Shown here: in pieces, positions 16,524 through 25,884 of the stretch
How positions within the stretch are numbered: the first letter of the stretch is position 1
How the letters are laid out: each line of letters starts with the position of its first letter
Virus record (IMG/VR): IMGVR_UViG_3300025000_000046
Location: 1-36,941 of that record
Direction: 5' to 3' (one strand)
DNA: 36,941 nt
Source: a virus
Taxonomy: Duplodnaviria > Caudoviricetes
The notes under the pieces: model-generated
Databases searched by the model: none
What the model was told of the DNA's origin: nothing
What the model saw: the letters and a program-made list of their open reading frames with translations, nothing else
Made by a program: the position numbers and the translations under genes

Positions 16524-16811
16524 ATGCTAATTTTGCGCTTATTTATTGTTATCCTGGCAGGCATCGCAGCGCACCAAGGCTATGAGCCGACAAAGATATT
16601 CGGCGCTCGCTGGGGCAGCCTGATGCGCTACGCAATCGGCATCCTTTTGTTCATCCCGGCGTTTATTGTAGTCAAGCCGTCAATCCCGGAAAAGCAAGGC
16701 TTTTGGGGAGACGTGGAAAGAGATTTGACCGCTGGGTTATTGACCGCAGGCGCAACCGGGACAGGCGTTATCATAGGCCACATTTTAGACAAAGACGATG
16801 GCAATTCCTAA
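16524..16811 (+). CDS. Membrane protein (three hydrophobic segments)
   Basis: ATG 16524, 95 aa. Confidence 0.6.
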   Translation: MLILRLFIVILAGIAAHQGYEPTKIFGARWGSLMRYAIGILLFIPAFIVVKPSIPEKQGFWGDVERDLTAGLLTAGATGTGVIIGHILDKDDGNS

Positions 16812-16849
16812 AGTTAGCATAGGCTAATATTTTTACGAAAGTTTACAAA

Positions 16850-17362
16850 ATGAAACTAAATAGGCGGCAACGAAAAGCACTTATTGAGTGGGTTGCGGAG
16901 GGGGTTGACCTGACCGAAATCAATACACGGGCGGCAGCTTTCAAGCCGCCGTTTGACGTTCCACGTCAAAACCTGCACGCGTATAGAAAAAAAGCCGGGA
17001 TTGAGATAGATCAGATCGAAGAGCTGGAAACTAAAAACGCGCTTATCTCTGGGTATGCGATCAGGGAAACGCGGGTATACAAGCTCTCCCTACTGGCAGC
17101 TCTTTTGGAAAAAGACATCCTAAACGGGCGGCTCTGGCTTGAGCAAAAAAAAGGCGTCGGCTCTGGTGATATTGCCGAGATATTTGACTATCAGGAATTT
17201 AACAAAGGGGAAGTGGACGCCTACCGGGGTGTGTTGGATGACATCGCGTCCGAAGTGGGAGAGCGTATCAAGAATATTGACCTAAAGAGCGCCGGGAAAG
17301 AGATAGCGGGCGCGGTTGTCAACGTGTACATTCCCGACAATGGCCGAGATAAGCGAGATTAG
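16850..17362 (+). CDS. Terminase small subunit (probable)
   Basis: Directly upstream of TerL; N-terminal HTH-like region; C-terminal VNVYIPDNGRD. Confidence 0.7.
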   Translation: MKLNRRQRKALIEWVAEGVDLTEINTRAAAFKPPFDVPRQNLHAYRKKAGIEIDQIEELETKNALISGYAIRETRVYKLSLLAALLEKDILNGRLWLEQKKGVGSGDIAEIFDYQEFNKGEVDAYRGVLDDIASEVGERIKNIDLKSAGKEIAGAVVNVYIPDNGRDKRD

Positions 17363-18788
17363 GCCGCAGCCTCGCCAGGAGGAGTTTTTATCTACGCCGG
17401 CTGACATTGCCATTTATGGCGGGGCAGCCGGTGGGGGCAAGACTTGGTCGCTACTCGCTGAGCCATTGCGCCATATGGACAATAAAGACTTCGGCGCGGT
17501 TATCTTTCGGCGCACGATCCCGGAAATCACCAACGAGGGCGCGCTCTGGGACGAAGCCGCAAAGCTTTACCCGCTCTTCGGCGCAAAACCGAACGAAAAC
17601 GACAAGCAGTATACTTTTGATACCGGGATGCGCGTAACGTTTGCGCATATGCAATACGAAAAAGATAAGTATTCGTGGAAGTCGGCACAGATCCCGCTTA
17701 TTGAGATTGACCAGTTAGAGACGTTTTCGGCGTCTCAATTTTTTTACATGCTATCGCGCAACCGGTCAACCTGTGGAGTTAGGCCATACATCCGCGCAAG
17801 TGCAAACCCGGAGCCTGGGTGGCTGGCTGATTTTCTCGCCTGGTGGATTGACGATGATGGCTGGGCAATCCCAGCGCGCAGCGGAAAAGTCCGCTGGATG
17901 GTACGCGAAAATGATGCAACGTACTGGTCAAACAGCCGGGAAGAACTGGCAGCCGATCGCCCAAACAGCACGCCTAAAAGCGTAACGTTTATCCTATCAA
18001 CCGTGTATGATAACCAAGTCTTGCTTACCCTTGATCCTGGCTATCTGGCTAACCTCCAAGCCCTGGACAACATCGAGCGGCAACGGCTTTTGGGCGATGG
18101 CAAGCGTGGCGGCAACTGGAAAATAAAACCGGCAGCCGGGAAGGTTTTCAACCGCGCTTGGTTTGAAATCGTTGACGGTGTTCCAGCGGGCGGAAAAGAA
18201 ATCCGCTTCTGGGATTTGGCCGCAACTGAGAAGAAGCTCAAAAAGGACAACCCGGACTTTACGGCATCCTGCAAGGCAAAGATCGTTGACAAGATCGTTT
18301 ATATTTTGGATGCGACCGCTGACCAGATCGACCCGGCGCGAACGGATAGGTTTATGCGCAATATGGCAACGCAGGACGGTAAATCCTGCGCGCAACGGTG
18401 GGAGCGGGAGGGCGGCGCAAGTGGGAAGCGTGATAACCGAACAATCGCCGGGAACCTGGCAGGCTTCGATGCGCGCGGCGTTGCCCCAAGTGGTGATAAA
18501 ATTACAAGAGCAAAACCGCTGGCAGCGCAGGCGGTTGTCGGCAACGTGAAACTTTTACGCGGTGAATGGAATGAGCGATGGCTTGCTCACATGCACGGGC
18601 AACCGGATTTAGATCACGACGATGAAATGGACGCGGCCAGCGGGTGCTACAACGAACTCGCCCCGGTCCAAAAAGCGAAATCAAGCCGTGTTGACCTGTT
18701 CGGTAAATTCGAGCAGGCAAAAGAGCCGGTAGAAGCGCGCGCCGATTACGAAATAGAGCAGATGCTCGAGGAGAGCGAATATGTCTAA
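17340..18788 (+). CDS. terL: Terminase large subunit
   Basis: Walker A GGAAGGGKT, RASANP, nuclease motifs WDLA, PDFTA, HDDEMDA. Confidence 0.95.
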   Translation: MAEISEIRPQPRQEEFLSTPADIAIYGGAAGGGKTWSLLAEPLRHMDNKDFGAVIFRRTIPEITNEGALWDEAAKLYPLFGAKPNENDKQYTFDTGMRVTFAHMQYEKDKYSWKSAQIPLIEIDQLETFSASQFFYMLSRNRSTCGVRPYIRASANPEPGWLADFLAWWIDDDGWAIPARSGKVRWMVRENDATYWSNSREELAADRPNSTPKSVTFILSTVYDNQVLLTLDPGYLANLQALDNIERQRLLGDGKRGGNWKIKPAAGKVFNRAWFEIVDGVPAGGKEIRFWDLAATEKKLKKDNPDFTASCKAKIVDKIVYILDATADQIDPARTDRFMRNMATQDGKSCAQRWEREGGASGKRDNRTIAGNLAGFDARGVAPSGDKITRAKPLAAQAVVGNVKLLRGEWNERWLAHMHGQPDLDHDDEMDAASGCYNELAPVQKAKSSRVDLFGKFEQAKEPVEARADYEIEQMLEESEYV

Positions 18789-20034
18789 AAGTATCTTTGA
18801 CCTGGACGAATACAAGCGGTATCGAAAACAGTGGGAAACCCGGCTAAAAGAACTCAATACCCGCGCATCGTATTACGACGGATCCGCTTATGCAGGCAGC
18901 CGGGAAGGTGTCATCTGGAGCATGGGGCCGCGCGTGGCGAAGGAAATTAAACCGCTGTTCCTCCCCCTGGCCCGCGCGGTGGACATCGACGCCGGTATCA
19001 TCCCGGGCGGTTGGGAATTTGACCATGATGACGCGCGCGCCGAAGTCTGGGCGCAGGCGCGGGATGCCCTTTTTGATATGTCATCCTGGGACATCAACGG
19101 CGTTTTGTTTGTCCACTACGGCGCGATGTACGGTGTCTCAGGTTTGCGGGTAGCCGACGTATGGACGGATGGAGAGCGCCGGGTATTGTTGCAACCGTCA
19201 AACCCGACCTGTTTTATGCTGGTCAAGGATGACGACTACGCGCTAAAGCCATCCCTGGCTTTTTGGGTTGAAATCCGTGAGAACGAAGCCGGGAACCAAT
19301 ACGAGTACGCCGAAGTCATCACCCCTGACGCTATCAAAACCTATCAGGACGGGCAACCGTTTGGCTATTCTGGACGTGAGTCTGAGTATGCGAATAGCCA
19401 AAAAGCAATCCCGATTTTTGAGTGCTTGCATCTTAACGACGGCACGACGTTAGGCGAATGCACTTACCAGAAATCAATCCCGATGCTGAATGAAGTCAAT
19501 ACGATGGCTACGCGCCTATCGACTGTGATAGCGCGCAACGTTGATCCGCAGTGGGTGACATCGGGAGCCGAGCCGACTGACCTGCAGCGCGGCTCTGATT
19601 ACATGTGGTTTTTGCCAGAGGGTGCCGAAGTCAAGGCCGCCGCGCCAACTATCGATATTCCGGGCGTTCTTGAGTTCATCCGCGAAATCAAAAACGGGGT
19701 TGAGGAAAGCCTGCCTGAACTGTCGTTTGATGACATCAAAAAGAGCGGGCAGATTGCAACCCAAACGGTAGAGCTGCAATTGATTGACCTAATTATCAAA
19801 ATCCAGCGGACGCGGCCAAACTATGACCGGGCGTTGGTAGATGCGATGAAAGCGGCCGGTAGGATAGGTGCTGAGATGGGCCTGGCTGAAATCGCCGCAC
19901 TGGATGACCCGGAACTAATCCTAGACGGTACGCGGGAAATCCTGCCAATGACCCCACAGGCGCGCATTGCTTTGCGCATGTCTGAAATTGAGCTTGAACA
20001 GATGGAAGCCGGGACGGCTGAAAGCGTGACCTAA
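18781..20034 (+). CDS. Portal protein
   Basis: 417 aa directly after TerL; YYDG, MYGVS and SPP1-like portal layout. Confidence 0.8.
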   Translation: MSKSIFDLDEYKRYRKQWETRLKELNTRASYYDGSAYAGSREGVIWSMGPRVAKEIKPLFLPLARAVDIDAGIIPGGWEFDHDDARAEVWAQARDALFDMSSWDINGVLFVHYGAMYGVSGLRVADVWTDGERRVLLQPSNPTCFMLVKDDDYALKPSLAFWVEIRENEAGNQYEYAEVITPDAIKTYQDGQPFGYSGRESEYANSQKAIPIFECLHLNDGTTLGECTYQKSIPMLNEVNTMATRLSTVIARNVDPQWVTSGAEPTDLQRGSDYMWFLPEGAEVKAAAPTIDIPGVLEFIREIKNGVEESLPELSFDDIKKSGQIATQTVELQLIDLIIKIQRTRPNYDRALVDAMKAAGRIGAEMGLAEIAALDDPELILDGTREILPMTPQARIALRMSEIELEQMEAGTAESVT

Positions 20035-20969
20035 TGCCAGACATCCGCCAGGCCGATAAATACATTGCAAAGCTCTCAGCCGTAGAAGCGGCCTACCTCC
20101 GAGAGATTGAGAGCGAACGGCGCAACACACGCCGGGCGCTCTTGGACATTCTGGACCGGGATGGGATCAGCCGCGCCGGGGTTGCCGAAATGTTGCGCGA
20201 GATTGCGCAACTTGAAACCTCAGTCTCGCGTATCGCGGCCAGTAACGCAAAGACCGCGCGCCAGGTAGTGCAAAACTACACCCGTAAGCAGTTGCAAATG
20301 GTCAAAAGAGCTGGTAGGGGAGGTGATTTTGATGTGGGCGTTTTGGCCGCTTTGACCGCTGGCCAGGCGTCGGATTTAGAGCAGGGAATTATGACATCTT
20401 CCCCCGGCTGGTCGGCAACCCTGGCGACATCGTTGCAATCACAGGCCGCACAGCTGCGCGCCGCCGGCGCAGATGACGCCGCTATCCGTGCGCGGCTTTT
20501 GTCCGAGACGATGACCGACGGCAGGCAATCCATCTGGGCCGCGTCTGGGGTAGCCGAGCGCAACGAAGAGCAGCGCAATATATGGACATTTGCCGCTGGC
20601 CTGTTCGCTCTTTTCGTCACAACGGCGCAGGAGCAAGAGCCGCAAGTCGAGTATAAAAAACAGGCGATTGCAACCCTGGACGAGCGGACGACCGATTGTT
20701 GTCTGCGCGTTCACGGGCAAATCCAGCCGCTTGATGAGCCGTTCCACTTGACCGGCACGCCGCGCTATGCCGATGAGATGCAATCGCCGCCGTTCCACTG
20801 GTACTGCCGCTCGGTGGAGGCGCTTTACCTGGATGATTTCGAGCAGATCGGGATACCGACCGCAAAACTCAGGGACGCCGCCGATGCTGAAATCGCAGCC
20901 CGAGAGCGGACGAAAAAGCGCGAGATCATTTACCCATCATCGGCAACGAGCCGACGGGCGCGGAGGTAG
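20034..20969 (+). CDS. Minor head (MuF/gp7-like) protein
   Basis: KKQAIATLDERTTDCCLRVHGQ...PPFHWYCRS. Confidence 0.85.
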   Translation: MPDIRQADKYIAKLSAVEAAYLREIESERRNTRRALLDILDRDGISRAGVAEMLREIAQLETSVSRIAASNAKTARQVVQNYTRKQLQMVKRAGRGGDFDVGVLAALTAGQASDLEQGIMTSSPGWSATLATSLQSQAAQLRAAGADDAAIRARLLSETMTDGRQSIWAASGVAERNEEQRNIWTFAAGLFALFVTTAQEQEPQVEYKKQAIATLDERTTDCCLRVHGQIQPLDEPFHLTGTPRYADEMQSPPFHWYCRSVEALYLDDFEQIGIPTAKLRDAADAEIAARERTKKREIIYPSSATSRRARR

Positions 20970-20970
20970 T

Positions 20971-21108
20971 ATGGACAAAAATCATTATCCAGTATCAGCG
21001 CCAAAGCAGGCCACAAACGCAACCTGGCGCGAGGACATCTGGCAGATCGAGATCACGATCAACGGGAACACCGTAACAGCCGACCTGCCATACTGGATGC
21101 CAGCCTGA
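20971..21108 (+). CDS. Hypothetical protein (45 aa)
   Basis: GGAGGT RBS before ATG 20971. Confidence 0.45.
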   Translation: MDKNHYPVSAPKQATNATWREDIWQIEITINGNTVTADLPYWMPA

Positions 21109-21144
21109 GAAGTGGTAATCTCAGACCCAGGGACGATGTAAATC

Positions 21145-21175
21145 AAAAAAGAGCCGGGATAAAGGCTCTTTTTTT
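21145..21175. terminator. Bidirectional terminator built on the AAAAGAGCC motif
   Basis: AAAAAAGAGCC-GGGATAAA-GGCTCTTTTTTT between convergent genes. Confidence 0.8.
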
Positions 21176-21182
21176 ATTGCTT

Positions 21183-21428
21183 TTATTCTTTTGTCCTTGT
21201 CCGAGCGCCTCCCCATTGCGCGATTTTATCGGGATGCCTTGCGCGTCTCAACCATCGCGCCCATACCGAGCGGGCGGTCTCGCGGTGGCATTTTCCCCGC
21301 TCCATGATTTCGGCGATGATTGGCCGGTTGTCCCGGTCGTAGTCTGCCGGGTTAATGTTGTCCCTGACCGCAATTTCTGCGGCCAGGGAGTTGAGTTCGT
21401 TCGATCGTGCGCGGGTGTTATTTGACAT
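21183..21428 (-). CDS. Small basic protein, possible DNA-binding (WGGAR tail)
   Basis: 81 aa; second gene of a counter-oriented cassette. Confidence 0.65.
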   Translation of the reverse strand: MSNNTRARSNELNSLAAEIAVRDNINPADYDRDNRPIIAEIMERGKCHRETARSVWARWLRRARHPDKIAQWGGARTRTKE

Positions 21429-21636
21429 AATAGGTCACGTAAATATAGCTGCTGGTGTCGAAGCGCGGGCGGCTGATGGTGTAGCCTTCGCCAAATTTGC
21501 CGGAGTATTTCTCGACTTTCCCGGCGCTCGTGCGGCTGATGTATCCGCGCTTGGCTGCGGTGTGGTGTTCTTTGATCTGTCCGGCCTTGACCAAGCTAGT
21601 GATTTCGTCGATTGTGGGGGTAGTTTCTGTGTTCAT
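21418..21636 (-). CDS. Hypothetical protein (72 aa)
   Basis: AGGAG RBS, ATG 21636, downstream of a strong promoter. Confidence 0.75.
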   Translation of the reverse strand: MNTETTPTIDEITSLVKAGQIKEHHTAAKRGYISRTSAGKVEKYSGKFGEGYTISRPRFDTSSYIYVTYYVK

Positions 21637-21685
21637 GATTTTCTCCTGTTTTTTTTGTGTCAGGCTCATTCCTGACTACCCTTAT

Positions 21686-21714
21686 AGTATAAAGCAAGTA
21701 ACTTGTATTGTCAA
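21686..21714 (-). promoter_or_regulatory. Strong sigma70-like promoter with palindromic operator
   Basis: TTGACA-17-TATACT; CAAGT-A-ACTTG palindrome at 21695-21705 in the spacer. Confidence 0.8.
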
Positions 21715-21819
21715 GGGTTTTGGTAGACCAATTTCAAAACTCGTTTATTTTGCCAACCCCTATATGCAGGCAAAAAAGCGATTTTAGGCTACTTACCCAC
21801 CATATATGGGTGCGCCTGT

Positions 21820-21868
21820 ATGACCACAGGAAGGCCGCTACGGCGTTTATTTCGGAAATAGGTAATCT
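21820..21868 (+). repeat. Dispersed 49-bp non-coding repeat, copy 1
   Basis: 42/49 identical to 36360-36408 by manual alignment. Confidence 0.85.
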
Positions 21869-22033
21869 GATAAGGGGGTATTTCGGCAAAAGCCAGGATT
21901 TTGACCACCATATACGGCGAAAGAACGCCAGTAGGGTGTGATGATCCTATATGTGGGGGCTGAAAAACGCTAAAAACAGCCTTTTTTCCTGGCGTTTTTG
22001 CGTGGATTTTCCAACACAGGCCCGCTCAGTGTC

Positions 22034-22290
22034 ATCTGTAACAGATAAATCCCAGATAATCCCAGATAAAATAAAATCATCTGTTACAAAAATTTCGTGT
22101 AGTTCAATAGCTTTTTTGCGGTCTATTATGTATATAAGTGTAACAGCTGTAACAGATAATATAGTATTAAGTTAAACGTTTTCGTACAACTTTAAGCAAA
22201 TACGTGTTATATCTGTTACATCTGTTACAGCAAACCGCCATTAAGAACAACAAAAAAGCTATTGTGTTACACGCAATCGCTGTAACAGAT
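22034..22290. other. Putative replication origin B (TGTAACAGAT iterons)
   Basis: Iterons at 22037, 22079, 22139 (variant), 22148, 22211, 22220, 22281; shares longer blocks with 1964-2155. Confidence 0.6.
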
Positions 22291-22372
22291 AAAAAACACA
22301 CCTACCGGCGCTCTTGCGTATTGTGTTTTTTTGTGATTTGCCTTATACTGTTATCAGATCGGAGATATGCAC

Positions 22373-22735
22373 ATGGACTATCAGATTATCAGGCTTGATG
22401 TAACAACCAACGCCGGTGGAGCCGGAACTGCTGTCTCAACTCAGCGCGCAACTGGAAAAGCATATGCCGTGCAACTTGTTGACGGCGATTTTGATAATGG
22501 GGTGGACGTCACCCTGACGGTCGAGCAGGATGGGGTGAGTATCCCTGTCCTGACCAAAGCCGACTTTGACACAGATCAGATTGTTTATCCGCGCGTGCTG
22601 GAAGCTCTCAATACTGATGGCACGGCGCTGACAACCCATACCGAGCCGCTGGCATTTGGCTATCCTAAAGCCGTTGTGGCTCAAGGTGGCAACGCTAAAA
22701 CTGGCGCATTTTTGTTTTACATTGCGCCGCTGTAA
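22373..22735 (+). CDS. Probable virion structural protein (beta-rich)
   Basis: GGAG RBS; G/T/V-rich; precedes the scaffold gene. Confidence 0.7.
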   Translation: MDYQIIRLDVTTNAGGAGTAVSTQRATGKAYAVQLVDGDFDNGVDVTLTVEQDGVSIPVLTKADFDTDQIVYPRVLEALNTDGTALTTHTEPLAFGYPKAVVAQGGNAKTGAFLFYIAPL

Positions 22736-22776
22736 CCCTTTCGCTGCGGAGCGATAAAACCGGGAAAGATAAAGAA

Positions 22777-23301
22777 ATGTTGCCTGACCCTATAACACCG
22801 CAAGAACCCGCACCACCGCAAGCCCCAAACAACGAACAAACCCAGGCGCAGACGCCGCCCGCCGTGCCGCAGTCGTGGGAAGAAATTTTCAAACACCCGC
22901 GCTTTGCAGAACTTACGACACGGGCAAGCAGGGCCGAAAAGGCTTTACAGGATGCGCAGAAAAAGACGCTCGAAGAGCAGAACAATTACAAGGCTCTTTA
23001 CGAAACTCAGCAAAAAGAACTTGAAATCGAGCGCAAAGAGAAAATAAAGCTGTTGGTTGCTGGTGAAAAAGGATTGACCCCAAAACAAGCATCCCGGCTT
23101 ATTGGCGAGACAAAAGAGGACTTAGAGAGAGACGCTGACGAGATGTTGGAAGATTTTGCCGACAAAATCAAATCGCAATCGACCACCTCAACCACCACGC
23201 AAGGCGTTCCTCCCCATGCCCAAAACGGCCAGGGAAACAAGTTTGACTTTACCGCCGAAACTGACCCCGCGAAAATTCGCGAGCAGGCGCGTAAAAAGTA
23301 G
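22777..23301 (+). CDS. Capsid scaffolding protein
   Basis: P/Q-rich N-terminus, coiled coil, GL...ASRLIGETKEDL..DA; directly before the capsid gene. Confidence 0.8.
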   Translation: MLPDPITPQEPAPPQAPNNEQTQAQTPPAVPQSWEEIFKHPRFAELTTRASRAEKALQDAQKKTLEEQNNYKALYETQQKELEIERKEKIKLLVAGEKGLTPKQASRLIGETKEDLERDADEMLEDFADKIKSQSTTSTTTQGVPPHAQNGQGNKFDFTAETDPAKIREQARKK

Positions 23302-23401
23302 TACAATAGATTTACATCAACAGCAGCCACGTCGAGCCGTGAGAAAAGCGAAAGCCTGCTAAATCCAACCTAATCATATTTACCCAAAGAGGATTTAGAA
23401 A

Positions 23402-24298
23402 ATGGCAAACATTACTGCCGCACTTGTAGCCGATAGTACCCCCACTATCATCGCCGCCGAAGCTCTGGGCTATTTGCAGAGTAACACGGTTTTGGCCCGT
23501 CTCGTCAACCGGGATTATGAAAACGAAGTTGCCGAATTTGGCAACGTCGTGAAAATCCCCTACGGTGGCGCCTTGACCGTCAACCCCAAAGTCGCTGATA
23601 CCGTCATCACCCTCCAGGCCCCCGACGATGCCGTTTACACCCTGACGCTCAATAAGCATCAGGAAGTGAGCTTCATCGTCGAAGACATCGCCGCCGCTTT
23701 CGCCCGCCCGGACTGGTTCCAGCGCTATGCATCCGATGCGATGGCGAAAATGGCCGAGCAGATCGATAGCGACATCGCCGCTCTGTATTCCGGCTTTTCC
23801 CAGACCATCAACGCCGTGGCCGGTTTGAGCGAAGGCACCTTCCGCGAAAGCCGCCGCCTGCTGAACAGCGCGAAAGCCCCAAAGAGCGATCGTGTCGCCG
23901 TTTTGCACGAAGATGCTGATTACGAGTTCCTCGGCATCGAGAAGGTTGTAAACTCCGATTACGCTCAAACACTGGGCGCAAAAGCTGCCGACAGTGAAGT
24001 CGGGCGCTTCATGGGGTTTAACGTTTTCATGGATCAACAGATTGCAGTGGCCGGCGGCCAGTGTAAAAACCTGTTCTTCCAGAAAAACGCGATTGTCATG
24101 GCTAACCGCCCGCTCCCCGTTGCCCCCGCTGGTATGGGCGTTTTGCAGCGTGTTCTGAACGAGGACGGTATCGCCCTGCGCGTTACCATGTCCTACGATC
24201 ACGACTACCTGGGCGCGAAATTCACCTTGGATACCCTGTACGGTGTCGGTGAAATGCGCGACAGTCACGGTATCGCAGTCTCGACCGACGAAATCTAA
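23402..24298 (+). CDS. Major capsid protein (P22 coat-like, HK97 fold)
   Basis: LVNRDYE.E...GNVVKIP, GRFMGFNVF, DTLYG motifs; strong codon bias; position after the scaffold gene. Confidence 0.9.
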   Translation: MANITAALVADSTPTIIAAEALGYLQSNTVLARLVNRDYENEVAEFGNVVKIPYGGALTVNPKVADTVITLQAPDDAVYTLTLNKHQEVSFIVEDIAAAFARPDWFQRYASDAMAKMAEQIDSDIAALYSGFSQTINAVAGLSEGTFRESRRLLNSAKAPKSDRVAVLHEDADYEFLGIEKVVNSDYAQTLGAKAADSEVGRFMGFNVFMDQQIAVAGGQCKNLFFQKNAIVMANRPLPVAPAGMGVLQRVLNEDGIALRVTMSYDHDYLGAKFTLDTLYGVGEMRDSHGIAVSTDEI

Positions 24299-24310
24299 AC
24301 CAGTTTGATG

Positions 24311-24338
24311 ATAGGGGTGGGTGAAAGCCCGCCCTTAT
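24311..24338 (+). terminator. Hairpin after the capsid gene
   Basis: ATAGGGGTGGGT-GAAA-GCCCGCCCTTAT stem with G-U pairs. Confidence 0.55.
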
Positions 24339-24351
24339 TGGAGATTTGAAA

Positions 24352-24744
24352 ATGGCTCTTTATGAAAATGCAGAAAACAAAAGTATCAAAATCAAACCGG
24401 TCTTTACCGTCGGCGCCGAAGCTGCCGACGTGATTACCGTTTCGGTCCAGCTGGTTGACCGCGAAAATGGCAACGAAATCTCGGAGCGTGTTGCCCTGCT
24501 CTGGTATCTGTCCGCAGATGCCAATGGTGATGCAATTGGCACGGCCCCGAGTGGCGGAACTGCCGCAGGGACTGACGGAAAACTCAGCGAATGGACAGCG
24601 AACCTCGAAGGCATGGTTACAAGCGAAGCCGACGGCGATATTGACATCGCAATGACCGAAGCCGGTGCGCTGACAAACCATCTCATCTTGGTAATGCCCG
24701 ATGGCAAGCTGTACGCCTCCCCGGCCATTACCCACGCCGCGTAA
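24352..24744 (+). CDS. Probable capsid decoration/structural protein
   Basis: Follows the capsid gene; Ig-like beta composition. Confidence 0.65.
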   Translation: MALYENAENKSIKIKPVFTVGAEAADVITVSVQLVDRENGNEISERVALLWYLSADANGDAIGTAPSGGTAAGTDGKLSEWTANLEGMVTSEADGDIDIAMTEAGALTNHLILVMPDGKLYASPAITHAA

Positions 24745-24753
24745 AGGAGCGAC

Positions 24754-25050
24754 ATGGCACAACCCAAGAAAGTGACCACAGTAAAAGCGCAAGACAACCA
24801 GGATGAAAACGAAAAGTTTTATCTGATTGTCAACCCCGCTGGCGCGATGCACGTTGTCAGCGCCGAACATGCCCGCAGTCGGCTGAAACAAGTCGGCTGG
24901 CGCATGGCGACCGCGACCGAAAAGGCCGCGTACAAAGCCAGCAATGGCAATCAGCGCGCCGGGCGTCCCCTGGCGAAGCCGTACAATGTTGCCGCCGAAA
25001 TTGAAGCGGCTCTGCCACTCGACGCCGCCGTAGAACCGGACGAGGAATAG
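24754..25050 (+). CDS. Hypothetical protein
   Basis: AAGGAG RBS, 98 aa. Confidence 0.7.
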   Translation: MAQPKKVTTVKAQDNQDENEKFYLIVNPAGAMHVVSAEHARSRLKQVGWRMATATEKAAYKASNGNQRAGRPLAKPYNVAAEIEAALPLDAAVEPDEE

Positions 25051-25053
25051 CCA

Positions 25054-25884
25054 ATGAGCGCCATCGACAGAAACCATCTAATTAACGGGTATTTTACGCA
25101 CAACCTAAACGGGTGGACTGCTGCCGGTGGCGCTCAGTATTTGGCGAGTGATGGGGATGAGCATTTCGGAATGGCAAACCTACCAATTGGAGGCTCCATT
25201 TCGCAAGGCTTCGCAGTTGAGGCCGCCCGCTCGTTTTCGCTGCACATTTCGGCGAAGTCCCCATCCGGGGCACTCGTGGCGGGTAACGTCACCTACGCGA
25301 TCACAGACGGCAACGGCAATGCGGTAACGTCAAGCACCCTTACGGGCGCTCTTGCGGAATGGTCAGAAAACCTCGTCAATATTGGCCTGGCTGATGGTAC
25401 TACTTACACACTAACAATCACAAACGTGAGCGCCGCCGGGGATGTGCGTATTGATGATGTTTGGATGTGGTTTGTCCCCGTCACCCGCGCACAAATCGCC
25501 GCGCAGGTGGGTAACAAGCTGGGACGGATTGCAGATGAGCGCAGCCTGACCCCTACTCCCGCCGGGACAATGACCGAAGGCTCTTACACCTATGCGATAG
25601 ATGCCGCTTTGCGCAACGTCGGTGCGATTGACCCCCAGACGGGGAACCCGGATGTGCGCTGGTTGAATGCTCAGTCTGTCCAATTGGTGATTGATGCGAC
25701 CCGGCGCGAAATGCTCGAACAGTTGCAATCAGATTATGCCGTCGAAGTTGATACACGCACAGGCCCCTATCAGCAGTCTCTTTCCCAAAAACGCGCCGCA
25801 ATTACCGAAATGCTGGGTGGCTCTGGTGAAAACGGGCCCAACACAGCCGGGATAGTGGTGCGCCGGATGGGCTTCGATGGCTGA
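25054..25884 (+). CDS. Head-tail adaptor-like protein with N-terminal carbohydrate-binding-like jelly roll
   Basis: NHLINGYF...GW...IDDV CBM-like pattern, then a helical domain; neck position. Confidence 0.6.
   Translation: MSAIDRNHLINGYFTHNLNGWTAAGGAQYLASDGDEHFGMANLPIGGSISQGFAVEAARSFSLHISAKSPSGALVAGNVTYAITDGNGNAVTSSTLTGALAEWSENLVNIGLADGTTYTLTITNVSAAGDVRIDDVWMWFVPVTRAQIAAQVGNKLGRIADERSLTPTPAGTMTEGSYTYAIDAALRNVGAIDPQTGNPDVRWLNAQSVQLVIDATRREMLEQLQSDYAVEVDTRTGPYQQSLSQKRAAITEMLGGSGENGPNTAGIVVRRMGFDG

Noticed and set aside
23312-24268. 318-aa antisense ORF
   Set aside because: Shadow of the codon-biased major capsid gene; no motifs or RBS
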